Below, one piece after another: positions 9,963 to 18,774 of a stretch of DNA of 64,000 nucleotides. The DNA lies in NCBI GenBank assembly GCA_020429915.1, contig JAGQKV010000015.1, positions 65,593-129,592 of the forward strand, given 5' to 3'. The stretch is from Candidatus Omnitrophota bacterium. GTDB taxonomy: Bacteria; Omnitrophota; Gorgyraeia; Zapsychrales; Zapsychraceae. A model generated the notes under the pieces. It saw nothing but the letters and a program-made list of their open reading frames with translations, searched no databases and was not told the origin of the DNA. Numbering within the stretch: position 1 is the stretch's first letter; each line of letters begins with the position of its first letter. Made by a program: the position numbers and the translations under genes.

Positions 9963-11612
9963 CTATCCGTCCAGCAATACGTTGCGGATCGTCTCGTGAA
10001 ATTCGGTTGTCTGGGCCACGACCTTTTCCATCCCGGAAACGGCCAGCGGCTTCATCTTCTTGGTTTTGGCCATATCGACGATCTCCGATTCTCCGGCCGT
10101 CTTGATGATAAGATAGCGGATATCCTCGTCCATCTTGAGGATCTCGTAGACCCCGACGCGGTCCTGGAAACCGGTACCGGAACAGGACTCACAGCCCTGC
10201 GGCTTCGCCAAAACAAAGCTCTTGGCATCCGGGATATATTCACGGATTTTTTGCTGGGCCTCGGGGCAGCCGGGTTCGGTTGTCTTGCAACGCGGACAAA
10301 GCCGCCGCACCAGCCGCTGGGAAATCACCCCTGCCAGCGCGCTGCTGATCAGAAACGGTTCGATGTCCATCTCCAGCAAGCGGGTCACCGCGCCGACCGC
10401 CGAATTGGTATGCATGGTGGAAAGCACCAGGTGTCCGGTCAGGGCGGCGCGGATGGCGATCTCGGCCGTCTCCTTATCACGGATCTCACCGATCATAATG
10501 ATGTCCGGATCGTGCCGGAGAATATGGCGGATGGCCTTGGCAAAGTCGTAACCGATATGCAGATTGGTCGCAGTCTGGTTGATACCGGGGAGTTCATATT
10601 CGACCGGGTCCTCGACGGTGACGATACTGCGGTCGACCTGGTTGAGCTGGTTCAGCATGCTGTAGAGCGTGGTGGTCTTCCCCGCCCCGGTGGGCCCGGT
10701 GAGCAGGATCAGCCCGTAAGGTCGGGTCAGCAGCTGCTCGATATCTTTTATTTGCTCCGGGGTCATCCCCAAGTCCCCGAACGAGCGGTTGGCAAAAGCG
10801 GTGCTCAGGATCCGGACCACCATGTTTTCCCCGTTTATGTTGGGCAGTGTGGAAATCCGCAGGTCATACTCTTCGTTGCCCACTTTAAAGTGACAGCGTC
10901 CGTCCTGCGGCCGGCGAGTCTCGGCCACATCGAGACCGGATATAATCTTGATGCGTGAAATGCAGTTGCGCTGAAGTTCCCGGCTGATGGACTCCTTTTC
11001 ATAGAGATAGCCGTCGATCCGGAAGCGGACACGCATCACGTCCCGCTGCGGTTCGAAGTGTATATCGGAAGCCCTTTCCTTGACCGCCCGGCGGATGATG
11101 GAGTCGACGTAGTTGATCACCGACGCGTCGTCGACCACGACCGCGCTGGAGGCTGCCTTCATCGACTTGCCGGTTTGTACCGCATCAAAATACTCCTGAA
11201 GGGTGTGCTCGATATCGCGCGCGCTGGCCATGACCGGATACACGGAATAACCGCTCTTGATCTGAATGTCCTGCAGGGCGTTGACGTCCAGGGGATTGTT
11301 GGTAGCGACCATCAGGCGCTGGTCCTCCACGGAAATCGGGACAACCCGGTGGGCCTGCAGCAACTCAAACGGGACTAATTTAATGACCTCGGGATCTATG
11401 CGCTGTTGGCTCAGCTGGATGTAGGGAATTTGATGCAGACGCGAGAGACTTTCGGTCAGCCGCGGCTCATCGATAAAACCGCGGTCCAGCAGCAATTCTC
11501 CCAGCCGCCGGTTGTCAGTCTGCTGCAGCGCCAGGACTTCATCCAACTGGCGTTGCTGAATAATCCCTTCTTCGCAAAGGATTTCACCGAGTTTTTGACT
11601 TTTGCCATGCAT
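9963..11612 (-). CDS. pilB: Type IV pilus assembly ATPase PilB, GspE family.
   Basis: Walker A box LLTGPTGAGKTTTLYS; Asp and His boxes; a C-terminal tetracysteine motif CPRC...CESCSGTG. An AGGAG RBS precedes the ATG. Confidence 0.9.
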   Translation of the reverse strand: MHGKSQKLGEILCEEGIIQQRQLDEVLALQQTDNRRLGELLLDRGFIDEPRLTESLSRLHQIPYIQLSQQRIDPEVIKLVPFELLQAHRVVPISVEDQRLMVATNNPLDVNALQDIQIKSGYSVYPVMASARDIEHTLQEYFDAVQTGKSMKAASSAVVVDDASVINYVDSIIRRAVKERASDIHFEPQRDVMRVRFRIDGYLYEKESISRELQRNCISRIKIISGLDVAETRRPQDGRCHFKVGNEEYDLRISTLPNINGENMVVRILSTAFANRSFGDLGMTPEQIKDIEQLLTRPYGLILLTGPTGAGKTTTLYSMLNQLNQVDRSIVTVEDPVEYELPGINQTATNLHIGYDFAKAIRHILRHDPDIIMIGEIRDKETAEIAIRAALTGHLVLSTMHTNSAVGAVTRLLEMDIEPFLISSALAGVISQRLVRRLCPRCKTTEPGCPEAQQKIREYIPDAKSFVLAKPQGCESCSGTGFQDRVGVYEILKMDEDIRYLIIKTAGESEIVDMAKTKKMKPLAVSGMEKVVAQTTEFHETIRNVLLDG

Positions 11613-11693
11613 ACCCGCACTCCTGTGGAAATTCAGTTAATATCTGAGTATGCATGATGCTTTTGAGGTTGTCAAAAATTTCTTTGCGGAAGG

Positions 11694-11738
11694 ACAAAAA
11701 AAGACAGCCCTCGAGAGAGGGCTGTCTTTTTTCTGGAG
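11694..11738. terminator. Bidirectional rho-independent terminator between the NHL-protein gene and pilB.
   Basis: A9-GACAGCCCTC-gagag-GAGGGCTGTC-T7: a perfect 10-bp stem flanked by an A-run and a T-run. Confidence 0.7.
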
Positions 11739-11792
11739 GATAGGTGGTCTGCAGGTCAGCAAACCGGGGGGATCTTTATCGCCAATGAGCCG

Positions 11793-14291
11793 TTACTTCT
11801 TTAACTGGCTCATGCGTATACCGTTAGCATCCTGTCCGGCGGCCTTTTTGGAGAGTTCTTTAGGAACACTCACGGTCATTTTCAGACGGCCGTCATCGAG
11901 CAGGCTTTCATTTTCGATCTTGATGTGCGGGCCGATGTCCTCGACCGGTATCCCGTACTGATTGGCCACATTGGAGATAGCCAGCTGCAGGGTCATCTTG
12001 CGCATCATCTGATAGCGTAATTTTTCGTCCATGTTTTCAGTCTTGATCGGATAGGAAATCTGCGTGAAGTACAGCCGGTTCGGGTCCTGCTCGATCTTGG
12101 CGGCGACTTCGCTTTCATCCGCTTGCTCGGTACCGGCCTGAGCCTCAGCGCCTTCACTGACCGATTTGGGGGGCGGCATGGCGGCGACCTGCGGCTTCAT
12201 TTCGGCTGACTTATCCTGAGCCATTTCCAGCGGCTTGGATTCCATGGCGTCCGCGGTATTGGCCCCGATCTTGATTCCCAGCATCCCCTTCTTTAGGTCG
12301 GGAGCCGGTACGGCCGTCACTTTGATTTCCTCTTTGACCTCTTCTTTGCTCTGCTTGGCCATGGTTTCTTCCTTCTGGTCCATCGCCGGAGCCTTGGCTT
12401 CTTTGGCTAACATCGAAGCCTTATCTTCTTTGTTGGTCATCGGTGCCTTGGCTTTTTTAGCCATGACCGGTTGACCGTCGATATGAATGTTGTAAACGCT
12501 GATTTCGTCGCGGTCATAGTCGGCAACGTAAATCTGTCCGTTACTCGCGCTGATGGCCGACAATTTCGGGAAGTAGCTCCGGCCCTGTCCGTCCGATCCG
12601 AATTCCGTGATCAACTCTCCGTCGCTGTCAATGACCTTGACGGTGTGCGAGCCGCGGTCGGCAACATAAAGGTTGTCCGATTCGTCGAGCGCCATGTCTA
12701 CGGGCCAGTCGAATTCCACGAGGTCGCCGTAAGCGCCGATTTGCCGCAAGGGGGCCCCGTCTTTCTCGAAGATCTGGATCCGTTTGTTGCGGCTGTCCAG
12801 CACGTACAATTCCTCTTTCGAGTTGAACATCACCGCGGTGGGTTGATTGAATTGACCCAGCTGCGGAGGATTGTGATCCTCGTCGAGTTCCCCTTTCTGC
12901 CCGAAGGCATTGAGGTAAATCCCATCGCTGTTGAAAATCTGGATCCGGTTGTTCTTGGTATCCGCGACATAAATGTTTCCGTTATCGGACACGGCCACGC
13001 CGGACAGTTGATCGAACTGTCCGTTTTGGTCGCCCTTGCGGCCGAAGAAATAGTCATGACTACCGTCGCTGTCGAGAAACTGCAGACGGTTGTTGCCGGT
13101 ATCGGCGACCAGCAATTTTCCGTCTTCCTGCACGTGCATTGCCCGCGGGTTTTGCATGAGCAGCTTGGAGTTGTCAAAGTCTCCGTAAACGTAAAGTTCG
13201 TTCATATGCTGATGCAGAATGTGTCCGGTTGCCTCCGAGAGGGCGAACAGTCCGTATTCCTCATTAAAGCTGATGTCGGAGAGTGCCTTTTCCGCGAAGA
13301 TCGTCTCGGCAAAGTCAACGATAGGCAGGCGCTGATCCGCCGGCTGTAGCATCGCCTTATCGCTGCCGTTGACCTCGATAATCTGCACGCGTTTGTTCTT
13401 GGCATCCGCGATATAAACCTTGCCATGCTCGTCGGTGATGATACCTAACGGATGATCGAATTGTCCGCGTCCGATCCCTTTGGATCCGAAGGACAGCAGC
13501 AAATTTTGTTCCTGATCGATTTTAACGATACTGTCCGTCCATGAGTCGATCAGATAAAGATCGCCACGGGCATCAATGGCCAACCGGGCCGTGTCCGCGA
13601 TATAGTCACGGCCTTCCCAGTCAAACTCGATAATCTCCGGCATGCCGCCTTCGATGTGCCGTTTGACGATCTTCCCTTCTTTGGGATACAGCACGTACAT
13701 GTTGTTCTGAATGTCGAACGCCATGTCCGCCGGGCGGCCGTCCAAGGGCATGGACTCGAAATAAACACCCTTGGGTGAAAACTTGGAAATCAGCCGGTTG
13801 GCGATGTCGGCCACATAGATGTAGCCGTCATTGTCCAGAGCGACCAGGGTCGGTTCTCCGAATTGGCCGGCCTGGTCCCCGGAATTTCCGATTTGATAGA
13901 GATAGCGTCCCTGGGCGTTGAAGACCAGGACGCGATTATTTCCGGTATCGGCGATGATGATTTCTCCGTCCGCAGAGATCGCCAGCGACTCGGGGTTCAG
14001 GAGCTTCCCTTTACCCGTTCCGTACTCGGCGAAGCGGAACGTGAATTCACCCGCGGGATTGAAGACGTTGACTTGGCTCAGGCGCTGGTCCAGAACATAG
14101 ATGTTCCCGTCCGGAGACAAGGCCACATCGACCGGCATCTGCATCTCTGAACGAAGCTCTCCCACAAAACTCACCGATTCCTTGGAATCGACCGTGGTCG
14201 CTCCGAACAAAAGAAGGGTCAGGGCGATAAACATCGGGATCAGCCCGTCCCTCACATATCTTTGGTTCATGGCAGCGGCTACTGTTTTCAT
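11793..14291 (-). CDS. Secreted NHL-repeat protein with two beta-propeller blocks, a Lys/Ala/Glu-rich linker and a C-terminal domain.
   Basis: Many NHL-like repeats (ADTGNNRVLVFN, ADAKNKRVQIIE, ADTGNNRLQFLD, ADTKNNRIQIFN, DSRNKRIQIFE). Start set at MKTVAAAM..., which has a signal peptide and a perfect AAGGAG RBS; the ORF-track start at 14387 is an extension. Confidence 0.75.
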   Translation of the reverse strand: MKTVAAAMNQRYVRDGLIPMFIALTLLLFGATTVDSKESVSFVGELRSEMQMPVDVALSPDGNIYVLDQRLSQVNVFNPAGEFTFRFAEYGTGKGKLLNPESLAISADGEIIIADTGNNRVLVFNAQGRYLYQIGNSGDQAGQFGEPTLVALDNDGYIYVADIANRLISKFSPKGVYFESMPLDGRPADMAFDIQNNMYVLYPKEGKIVKRHIEGGMPEIIEFDWEGRDYIADTARLAIDARGDLYLIDSWTDSIVKIDQEQNLLLSFGSKGIGRGQFDHPLGIITDEHGKVYIADAKNKRVQIIEVNGSDKAMLQPADQRLPIVDFAETIFAEKALSDISFNEEYGLFALSEATGHILHQHMNELYVYGDFDNSKLLMQNPRAMHVQEDGKLLVADTGNNRLQFLDSDGSHDYFFGRKGDQNGQFDQLSGVAVSDNGNIYVADTKNNRIQIFNSDGIYLNAFGQKGELDEDHNPPQLGQFNQPTAVMFNSKEELYVLDSRNKRIQIFEKDGAPLRQIGAYGDLVEFDWPVDMALDESDNLYVADRGSHTVKVIDSDGELITEFGSDGQGRSYFPKLSAISASNGQIYVADYDRDEISVYNIHIDGQPVMAKKAKAPMTNKEDKASMLAKEAKAPAMDQKEETMAKQSKEEVKEEIKVTAVPAPDLKKGMLGIKIGANTADAMESKPLEMAQDKSAEMKPQVAAMPPPKSVSEGAEAQAGTEQADESEVAAKIEQDPNRLYFTQISYPIKTENMDEKLRYQMMRKMTLQLAISNVANQYGIPVEDIGPHIKIENESLLDDGRLKMTVSVPKELSKKAAGQDANGIRMSQLKK

Positions 14292-14324
14292 TTCCGTCTC
14301 CTTCATTGCGGGGTTCGGCGGGGC

Positions 14325-14365
14325 AAAAAAAAAACTGCCCATCCCTAAGACAAAGGAATAGGCAG
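14325..14365 (-). terminator. Intrinsic-terminator-like hairpin plus U10 tract in the NHL gene leader; candidate riboswitch expression platform.
   Basis: Reverse strand reads CUGCC-[21 nt]-GGGCAG followed by UUUUUUUUUU, about 25 nt upstream of the RBS. Confidence 0.45.
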
Positions 14366-14385
14366 CTGACCTGCAGAAATGATGC

Positions 14386-14482
14386 ACATCATTCGATTCG
14401 GTAACTGGCTATCCTATTCTTAGGACCCTTTAGCTTTGCGTCGCCGGGTTACCCCGGGTTTGCCTTTATCGTCGTAACGATA
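14386..14482 (-). ncRNA. Candidate c-di-GMP-I (GEMM) riboswitch aptamer.
   Basis: Reverse-strand RNA reads ...GAUAAAGGCAAACC-CGGGG-UAA-CCCGG-CGACGCAAAGCU-AAAGGGUCCUAAGAAUAGGAUAGCCA-GUUACCGAAUCG. It reproduces GGCAAACC, a P2 hairpin with a GNRA loop, GACGCAAAGC, a P3 hairpin carrying a CCUAAG/UAGG receptor-like motif, and GUUACCGA, in the order found in the Vibrio cholerae Vc2 aptamer. It lies between a sigma70-like promoter and the terminator hairpin. Confidence 0.55.
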
Positions 14483-14503
14483 AAACCCAAATTGTCTACA
14501 GGA

Positions 14504-14532
14504 AGTATAGAACCTTTTTATGGGCAATGCAA
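14504..14532 (-). promoter_or_regulatory. Sigma70-like promoter for the NHL gene and its riboswitch leader.
   Basis: Reverse strand reads TTGCAT, a 17-nt spacer, then TATACT. This gives a ~200-nt 5' UTR. Confidence 0.4.
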
Positions 14533-14767
14533 ATTTCCGACAAAAAAAATGTCACAATTTCTCCGGGCCGACACGTAACCTCCGTAAAACAGACGGGATA
14601 AGCGCCGGAAATATTTTCATCTCACCGTCGGACACCTGCACCCCTCATATTGTCTTACTAATATTAGTACCACTTGAAATAAACACTTAATCATACCAGG
14701 CCGGACAAGACGCCGGGCCCCTGCGGCAACAGAGTGCCGCCGGGCCCGACGCCGGTCGTGTGAAACG

Positions 14768-15013
14768 TCAGGAATCGTCCTGCTTCATTTCCTCGAGCAA
14801 CTTGATCATTTCCCGGCTGGGTATATACCCCCGGGCCTCGGCTTCTTCACGGGTAAGCTTTTCCACCTCTTTTCCCTTAATAAAGCGCGAGTCTTTTTTG
14901 TGGTACTTTTTGCCGTTCTTGGTCACGTACACGTCCAGGGCCAAGGCCGGCTGGACGAACAGGATCACGGCCGTCAGGAGTCCGAAGAGAACTTTGCGGA
15001 TGCGTCGATGCAT
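14768..15013 (-). CDS. Small secreted hypothetical protein, 81 aa.
   Basis: ATG (MHRRIRK...) is preceded by AAGGAGGTG. Signal peptide VLFGLLTAVILFVQPALA, followed by a Lys-rich mature part. Confidence 0.5.
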   Translation of the reverse strand: MHRRIRKVLFGLLTAVILFVQPALALDVYVTKNGKKYHKKDSRFIKGKEVEKLTREEAEARGYIPSREMIKLLEEMKQDDS

Positions 15014-15199
15014 GCGAATCACCTCCTTTACCAAATATTGAGGGAATGCGCGTATCTGCGCTACGAGCGGAAGAGAGGTTCGGGGGGATTAAGTATGGCT
15101 ACGTTAACATTGATCTTATTATTTGTCAAACTTTTTGATATTTCGTCCTATCTTTCTAGACGGTTCCCCGCGCGGCGATGATCATGCTAAGATACATGT

Positions 15200-15793
15200 A
15201 TGATCAAAGGGATCCAATATCGCAGCCGGTTGTTTTATCAGACACAAACACTGATCAAGCTCGGCCCGGCCTGGCAGCACCGTTTTCGGCTGGCGGCCGC
15301 GCATATCCCCGAAGGAGTATCCGTGCTGGATGTCTGCGCGGGCCCGGGCGACCTCCACCGCCACCTCCCTTCCGGCTGCCGGTACACCGCCCTGGACGCC
15401 AGCCCCGATTTTACCCGCCACATGACCGCCCGCCAAATCCCCTGCCTTGTCCATGATCTGACCCGCTCCCTGGACGCCATAGACGATCACTTCGATGTGG
15501 CCGTGATGATCATCTCATTGTGTCACTTCGGACACGCCCGCGCCCAGTCGTTGCTCACCGAGTTGACCCGCTTAGCCGACAAGGTGGTTATTGTGGAAGA
15601 AATTACCGAGAATGTCCGGCCGGAGGGGTCCCGCCTGCAACGGACGATGAACTTTCTTACCGCGACGGATTACGCCTCTTCGTACTCGATTTTGTCGGCG
15701 CATGAATTTAAACGGATTGTCACGGCGGCCGGTTACCATTATCAGCGGGCGGATCTGCGCTATGCGGTGGGGATCTATGAGCGGGAGACCTGA
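15200..15793 (+). CDS. Class I SAM-dependent methyltransferase.
   Basis: Motif I VLDVCAGPGDL; 197 aa; divergently oriented from the small secreted protein gene. Confidence 0.65.
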   Translation: MIKGIQYRSRLFYQTQTLIKLGPAWQHRFRLAAAHIPEGVSVLDVCAGPGDLHRHLPSGCRYTALDASPDFTRHMTARQIPCLVHDLTRSLDAIDDHFDVAVMIISLCHFGHARAQSLLTELTRLADKVVIVEEITENVRPEGSRLQRTMNFLTATDYASSYSILSAHEFKRIVTAAGYHYQRADLRYAVGIYERET

Positions 15794-16779
15794 AAGCTTC
15801 GGGAAAAGGCCTTGGCAAAGTAGGTAAAAATAATGTCGGCGCCGGCGCGTTTGATTGCGGTGAGCGCCTCGCGAACTGCCGCATCTTCATCGACCCAGCC
15901 CTTGGCGGCGGCCGCCTTGATCAGGGCATATTCGCCGCTGACATGATAGGCGGCAACGGGCAGCTCGGTCACGGCGCGAATCCGCATGATCACATCCAAA
16001 TACAATCCGGCAGGCTTGACCATCACGATATCCGCTCCCTCCTCCTCGTCGAGCAGCACTTCGCGGACCGCTTCACGGACATTCGCGTAATCCATTTGAT
16101 AGCTCTTCTTATCGCCGGCCTTCGGCGCCGAATCCAGGGCGTCGCGAAACGGCCCGTAGTAGGCGGAGGCATATTTGGCGGAATACGCGAGAATTCCGGT
16201 ATCCGTCAGACCGGCCTCATCGAGAGCCCTGCGGATATAGCCGATCCGGCCGTCCATCATGTCGGACGGCGCCACATAATCGGCCCCGGCCTTGGCTTGG
16301 GCCACGGCCATGTCGGCCAGCACCGGCAGGGTTTCATCATTCACGATTTGCCCGTCGCGGACCACACCATCGTGACCGTCACTGGAATACGGGTCCATGG
16401 CCACGTCGGTGATGACCGTCAATTCCGGGACCGCCGATTTAATTTCCCTAACGGAACGGGGTATCAGACCACGCGGGTTTTTGCTTTCGGCGGCCAAACT
16501 GTCCTTTTTGCGGTCGGAAATTTTGGGAAAAAGCGCCACGGCCGGAATCCCCAACCCGGCGACCTCCCGGCATTCCTTCGCCAGCAGATCGAGGGATAGG
16601 CGTTTGATCCCCGGCATCGACGAAATCGCCTCGCGGACATTCTTTCCTTCGGTGACAAAGATCGGGTACACCAGATCGGCCGGGGTGACCATCGTCTCCC
16701 GCGTCAAATCACGGACGGATGCGGATCGCCGGTTCCGGCGCGGCCGTTTAGGGATTGATATGAATTTTTTGGGGGTCAT
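15775..16779 (-). CDS. hemB: Porphobilinogen synthase (delta-aminolevulinic acid dehydratase).
   Basis: MTPKKFISIPKRPRRNRRSASVRDL...LVYPIFVTEG aligns to the HemB N-terminus (RPRRLR, LV.PIFV). The active-site region MVKPAG...YHVSGEYA is present. The ORF-track start at 17103 is an in-frame upstream extension. Confidence 0.9.
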   Translation of the reverse strand: MTPKKFISIPKRPRRNRRSASVRDLTRETMVTPADLVYPIFVTEGKNVREAISSMPGIKRLSLDLLAKECREVAGLGIPAVALFPKISDRKKDSLAAESKNPRGLIPRSVREIKSAVPELTVITDVAMDPYSSDGHDGVVRDGQIVNDETLPVLADMAVAQAKAGADYVAPSDMMDGRIGYIRRALDEAGLTDTGILAYSAKYASAYYGPFRDALDSAPKAGDKKSYQMDYANVREAVREVLLDEEEGADIVMVKPAGLYLDVIMRIRAVTELPVAAYHVSGEYALIKAAAAKGWVDEDAAVREALTAIKRAGADIIFTYFAKAFSRSFQVSRS

Positions 16780-16787
16780 AACGAATT

Positions 16788-17408
16788 TTAGAAAAGCGAA
16801 CCCTGGTTGACGTCTTCCACTTTGTAATTCGGCTTGTCTACGCCGAACTGCTTGAATATATCGGCCGGGGTCTGGATACCTTGTTCGTAGGCCAACTCGA
16901 AGAGGCGGTTCAGCACGGCCACCGTCAACTTGACGTCGGCCAGGGCGCGGTGCGTCTCGCCGATGGTCACCCCGAAATACTGCGCCACATTGGCCAGCCG
17001 GTGACGGTTCAAATGCGGGATCAATGCGCGGGACATTTTCAGAGTATCGATGGTCGGCGTAGTGCTGCGCAACCGCCGGCCGGTCTGGGCCAGCTGGTAG
17101 CACAGAAATTCCAGGTCAAATTTGACATTGTGCCCGACGAGACTCGCCCCGCCGATAAAATCGAGCATCTGCGGCAGGACCGCCTCGGCGGTCGGCGCGT
17201 CGGCGACCATCGCGTCGGAAATATTGTTGACCTGCTGGGCCTCCAGCGGGATGTCCCGCTCGGGATTGATCAGCTGATCAAAGGTATCGATAATCTCGTT
17301 GTTCCTGACTTTCACGGCCGCGATCTCGATAATGCGGTCCCCGTCACGCGGGTAGAGCCCCGTGGTTTCCACGTCAAAAACGACGCATTCTATATCTGAA
17401 GGCTTCAT
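16788..17408 (-). CDS. DnaQ-like 3'-5' exonuclease (DNA polymerase III epsilon-like).
   Basis: Exo I motif VVFDVETTG, Exo II GHNVKFDLEFL and Exo III HRALADV; 206 aa. Confidence 0.8.
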   Translation of the reverse strand: MKPSDIECVVFDVETTGLYPRDGDRIIEIAAVKVRNNEIIDTFDQLINPERDIPLEAQQVNNISDAMVADAPTAEAVLPQMLDFIGGASLVGHNVKFDLEFLCYQLAQTGRRLRSTTPTIDTLKMSRALIPHLNRHRLANVAQYFGVTIGETHRALADVKLTVAVLNRLFELAYEQGIQTPADIFKQFGVDKPNYKVEDVNQGSLF

Positions 17409-17516
17409 AGATTCCTCTCTGCTGAATTGCGAAAATGAGCTGCTGTTCTATTGGCAGTCTAACACCACCGATCGGTTTGTAAATGCTTTTGGCCGATATT
17501 TGGGACGAACGGGCCG

Positions 17517-17906
17517 TCAGGCGGCTTCTTCGGGGTCAAGATTGGCGGTAATACGGCGCAGGGCCCAGATGATCTCCCCGCAGTCGCCTGTCTTGACCTT
17601 ATATTCGTCCGCCCCGGCGCTCTGGGCCTTGGGAAAATCGACGTAACGGGCGTCTCCGGTCATGATGACGACCTTGATGCCGGGATGCTCCTTTTTGATG
17701 CGTCGGCAGACCTCAAAACCGTTCATCCGGCCGAGATTGGTATCGGTGAGGACCACCGCCGGCTGTTCCGTCCCGATCTTCTTGAGACCTTCTTCCCCGC
17801 TGGTGGCAAACGCCAGATTTGTGAAGCCGCTGTCCTTGAGGCATTCCCCAATGATGAACCGGTGGTCTTCCTCATCGTCCACGATCAATATTTTATGGTC
17901 CGACAT
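17517..17906 (-). CDS. Single-domain response regulator (CheY-like receiver).
   Basis: ILIVDDEE...D...TD..LG.M.G fits a receiver-domain acidic pocket with a conserved Lys; 129 aa with no output domain. Confidence 0.8.
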   Translation of the reverse strand: MSDHKILIVDDEEDHRFIIGECLKDSGFTNLAFATSGEEGLKKIGTEQPAVVLTDTNLGRMNGFEVCRRIKKEHPGIKVVIMTGDARYVDFPKAQSAGADEYKVKTGDCGEIIWALRRITANLDPEEAA

Positions 17907-17976
17907 AAAACTAATCCTCTCGGGTTGAGAGGATTAGTTTATTATCGATTCAATTGTTTGTCAAAAGTTAGCGGGT

Positions 17977-18609
17977 TTAATTGGGGTTGAAAGTGGCGGC
18001 CTCCATGGCATCGTACTGCGGACCGTAGATCAATTCCAACGGGACGACGACCTTGGTCGCCTCAGCCATTTGGGCCATGCGGTGCATCGACAGGTCATTC
18101 TTGATGATCTGTTCGCGCACCTTGGTCAGGGCTTCCACCGAATACTTGCAAATGAGTGGTTGATCGACAATGTCGATCATGTCGGGGATCTGCACGGGCA
18201 GGGTGGGATCCAAACGGGGATAGGCCAGAATGGCCGGGGATTTGACGTGAAATTCCGTCAGCAATCGGAAAATGGCCGGGTTTTTCACGCCCACGTCACA
18301 CGGGGTTATCAAGTATTCGGTGTCGATCCCGGAACTTAACAGGGCCTCGAGACAACCGATGGGGCCTTTATTGATGATGTTATCGCTGATATGGGGCAAC
18401 CCGATCAACGACTCCGGAAGATAGTCGAAGTTACCGACGAGCACGACCTGACGGCACAGCTTGGACATCACCTGGCACGTTTGCTCCAGGGCCTTCAGGT
18501 CGCGGGCTGTGGTTTGTTTAGTAAGCCGGGAATTGATTACGTGGCAGAATACCGCCGCGGTGTGATTCCACGGTCCGTCCGGGGAGTAGGTGTGTGTTCT
18601 TCTCGTCAT
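17977..18609 (-). CDS. MobA-like nucleotidyltransferase-fold protein with a degenerate P-loop.
   Basis: The central region VVLVGNFDYLPESLIGLPHISDNIINKGPIGCLEALL resembles the MobA core. The N-terminal LAGGxSxRMG loop is replaced by AAVFCHVINSRLT. Confidence 0.4.
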   Translation of the reverse strand: MTRRTHTYSPDGPWNHTAAVFCHVINSRLTKQTTARDLKALEQTCQVMSKLCRQVVLVGNFDYLPESLIGLPHISDNIINKGPIGCLEALLSSGIDTEYLITPCDVGVKNPAIFRLLTEFHVKSPAILAYPRLDPTLPVQIPDMIDIVDQPLICKYSVEALTKVREQIIKNDLSMHRMAQMAEATKVVVPLELIYGPQYDAMEAATFNPN

Positions 18610-18623
18610 GGCTTTTTTCTCGT

Positions 18624-18774
18624 TTAATTAAGGATTAAGTAAAAGTTGCACTCTCGGTAATGGAAGACCAAATAGTAGGCCGCCGATTCCTGGCTGAGGG
18701 CGTCCTCCATGGCGTCGGCCAGCATGGCTTCGCGCATGATTTTTTTGCGTTCACTCAAAGATAGCTTTGTCATG
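18624..18774 (-). CDS. Small hypothetical protein, about 49 aa.
   Basis: ATG (MTKLSLSERKKIMREAML...) is preceded by AAAGGAGG at ideal spacing. It lies immediately upstream of the MobA-like gene. Confidence 0.35.

Noticed and set aside
8649-10958. 769-aa plus-strand ORF (also 1126..2145, 12471..13349, 43013..43933 and 59890..61164 plus-strand ORFs)
   Set aside because: All run antisense to well-supported minus-strand genes (pilC/pilB, the giant pilin, the NHL protein, phoB, GT4). Their products are Arg/Gly/His/Pro/Asp-rich with no recognisable motifs and no SD. These are typical high-GC antisense artefacts.
14705-14752. GC-rich palindromic cluster (GCGGCA-acagag-TGCCGC flanked by CGGGCCCG palindromes) downstream of the small secreted protein gene
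   Set aside because: No following U-tract, so not a confident intrinsic terminator; could be a Rho-dependent site or a protein-binding site. Left unannotated.
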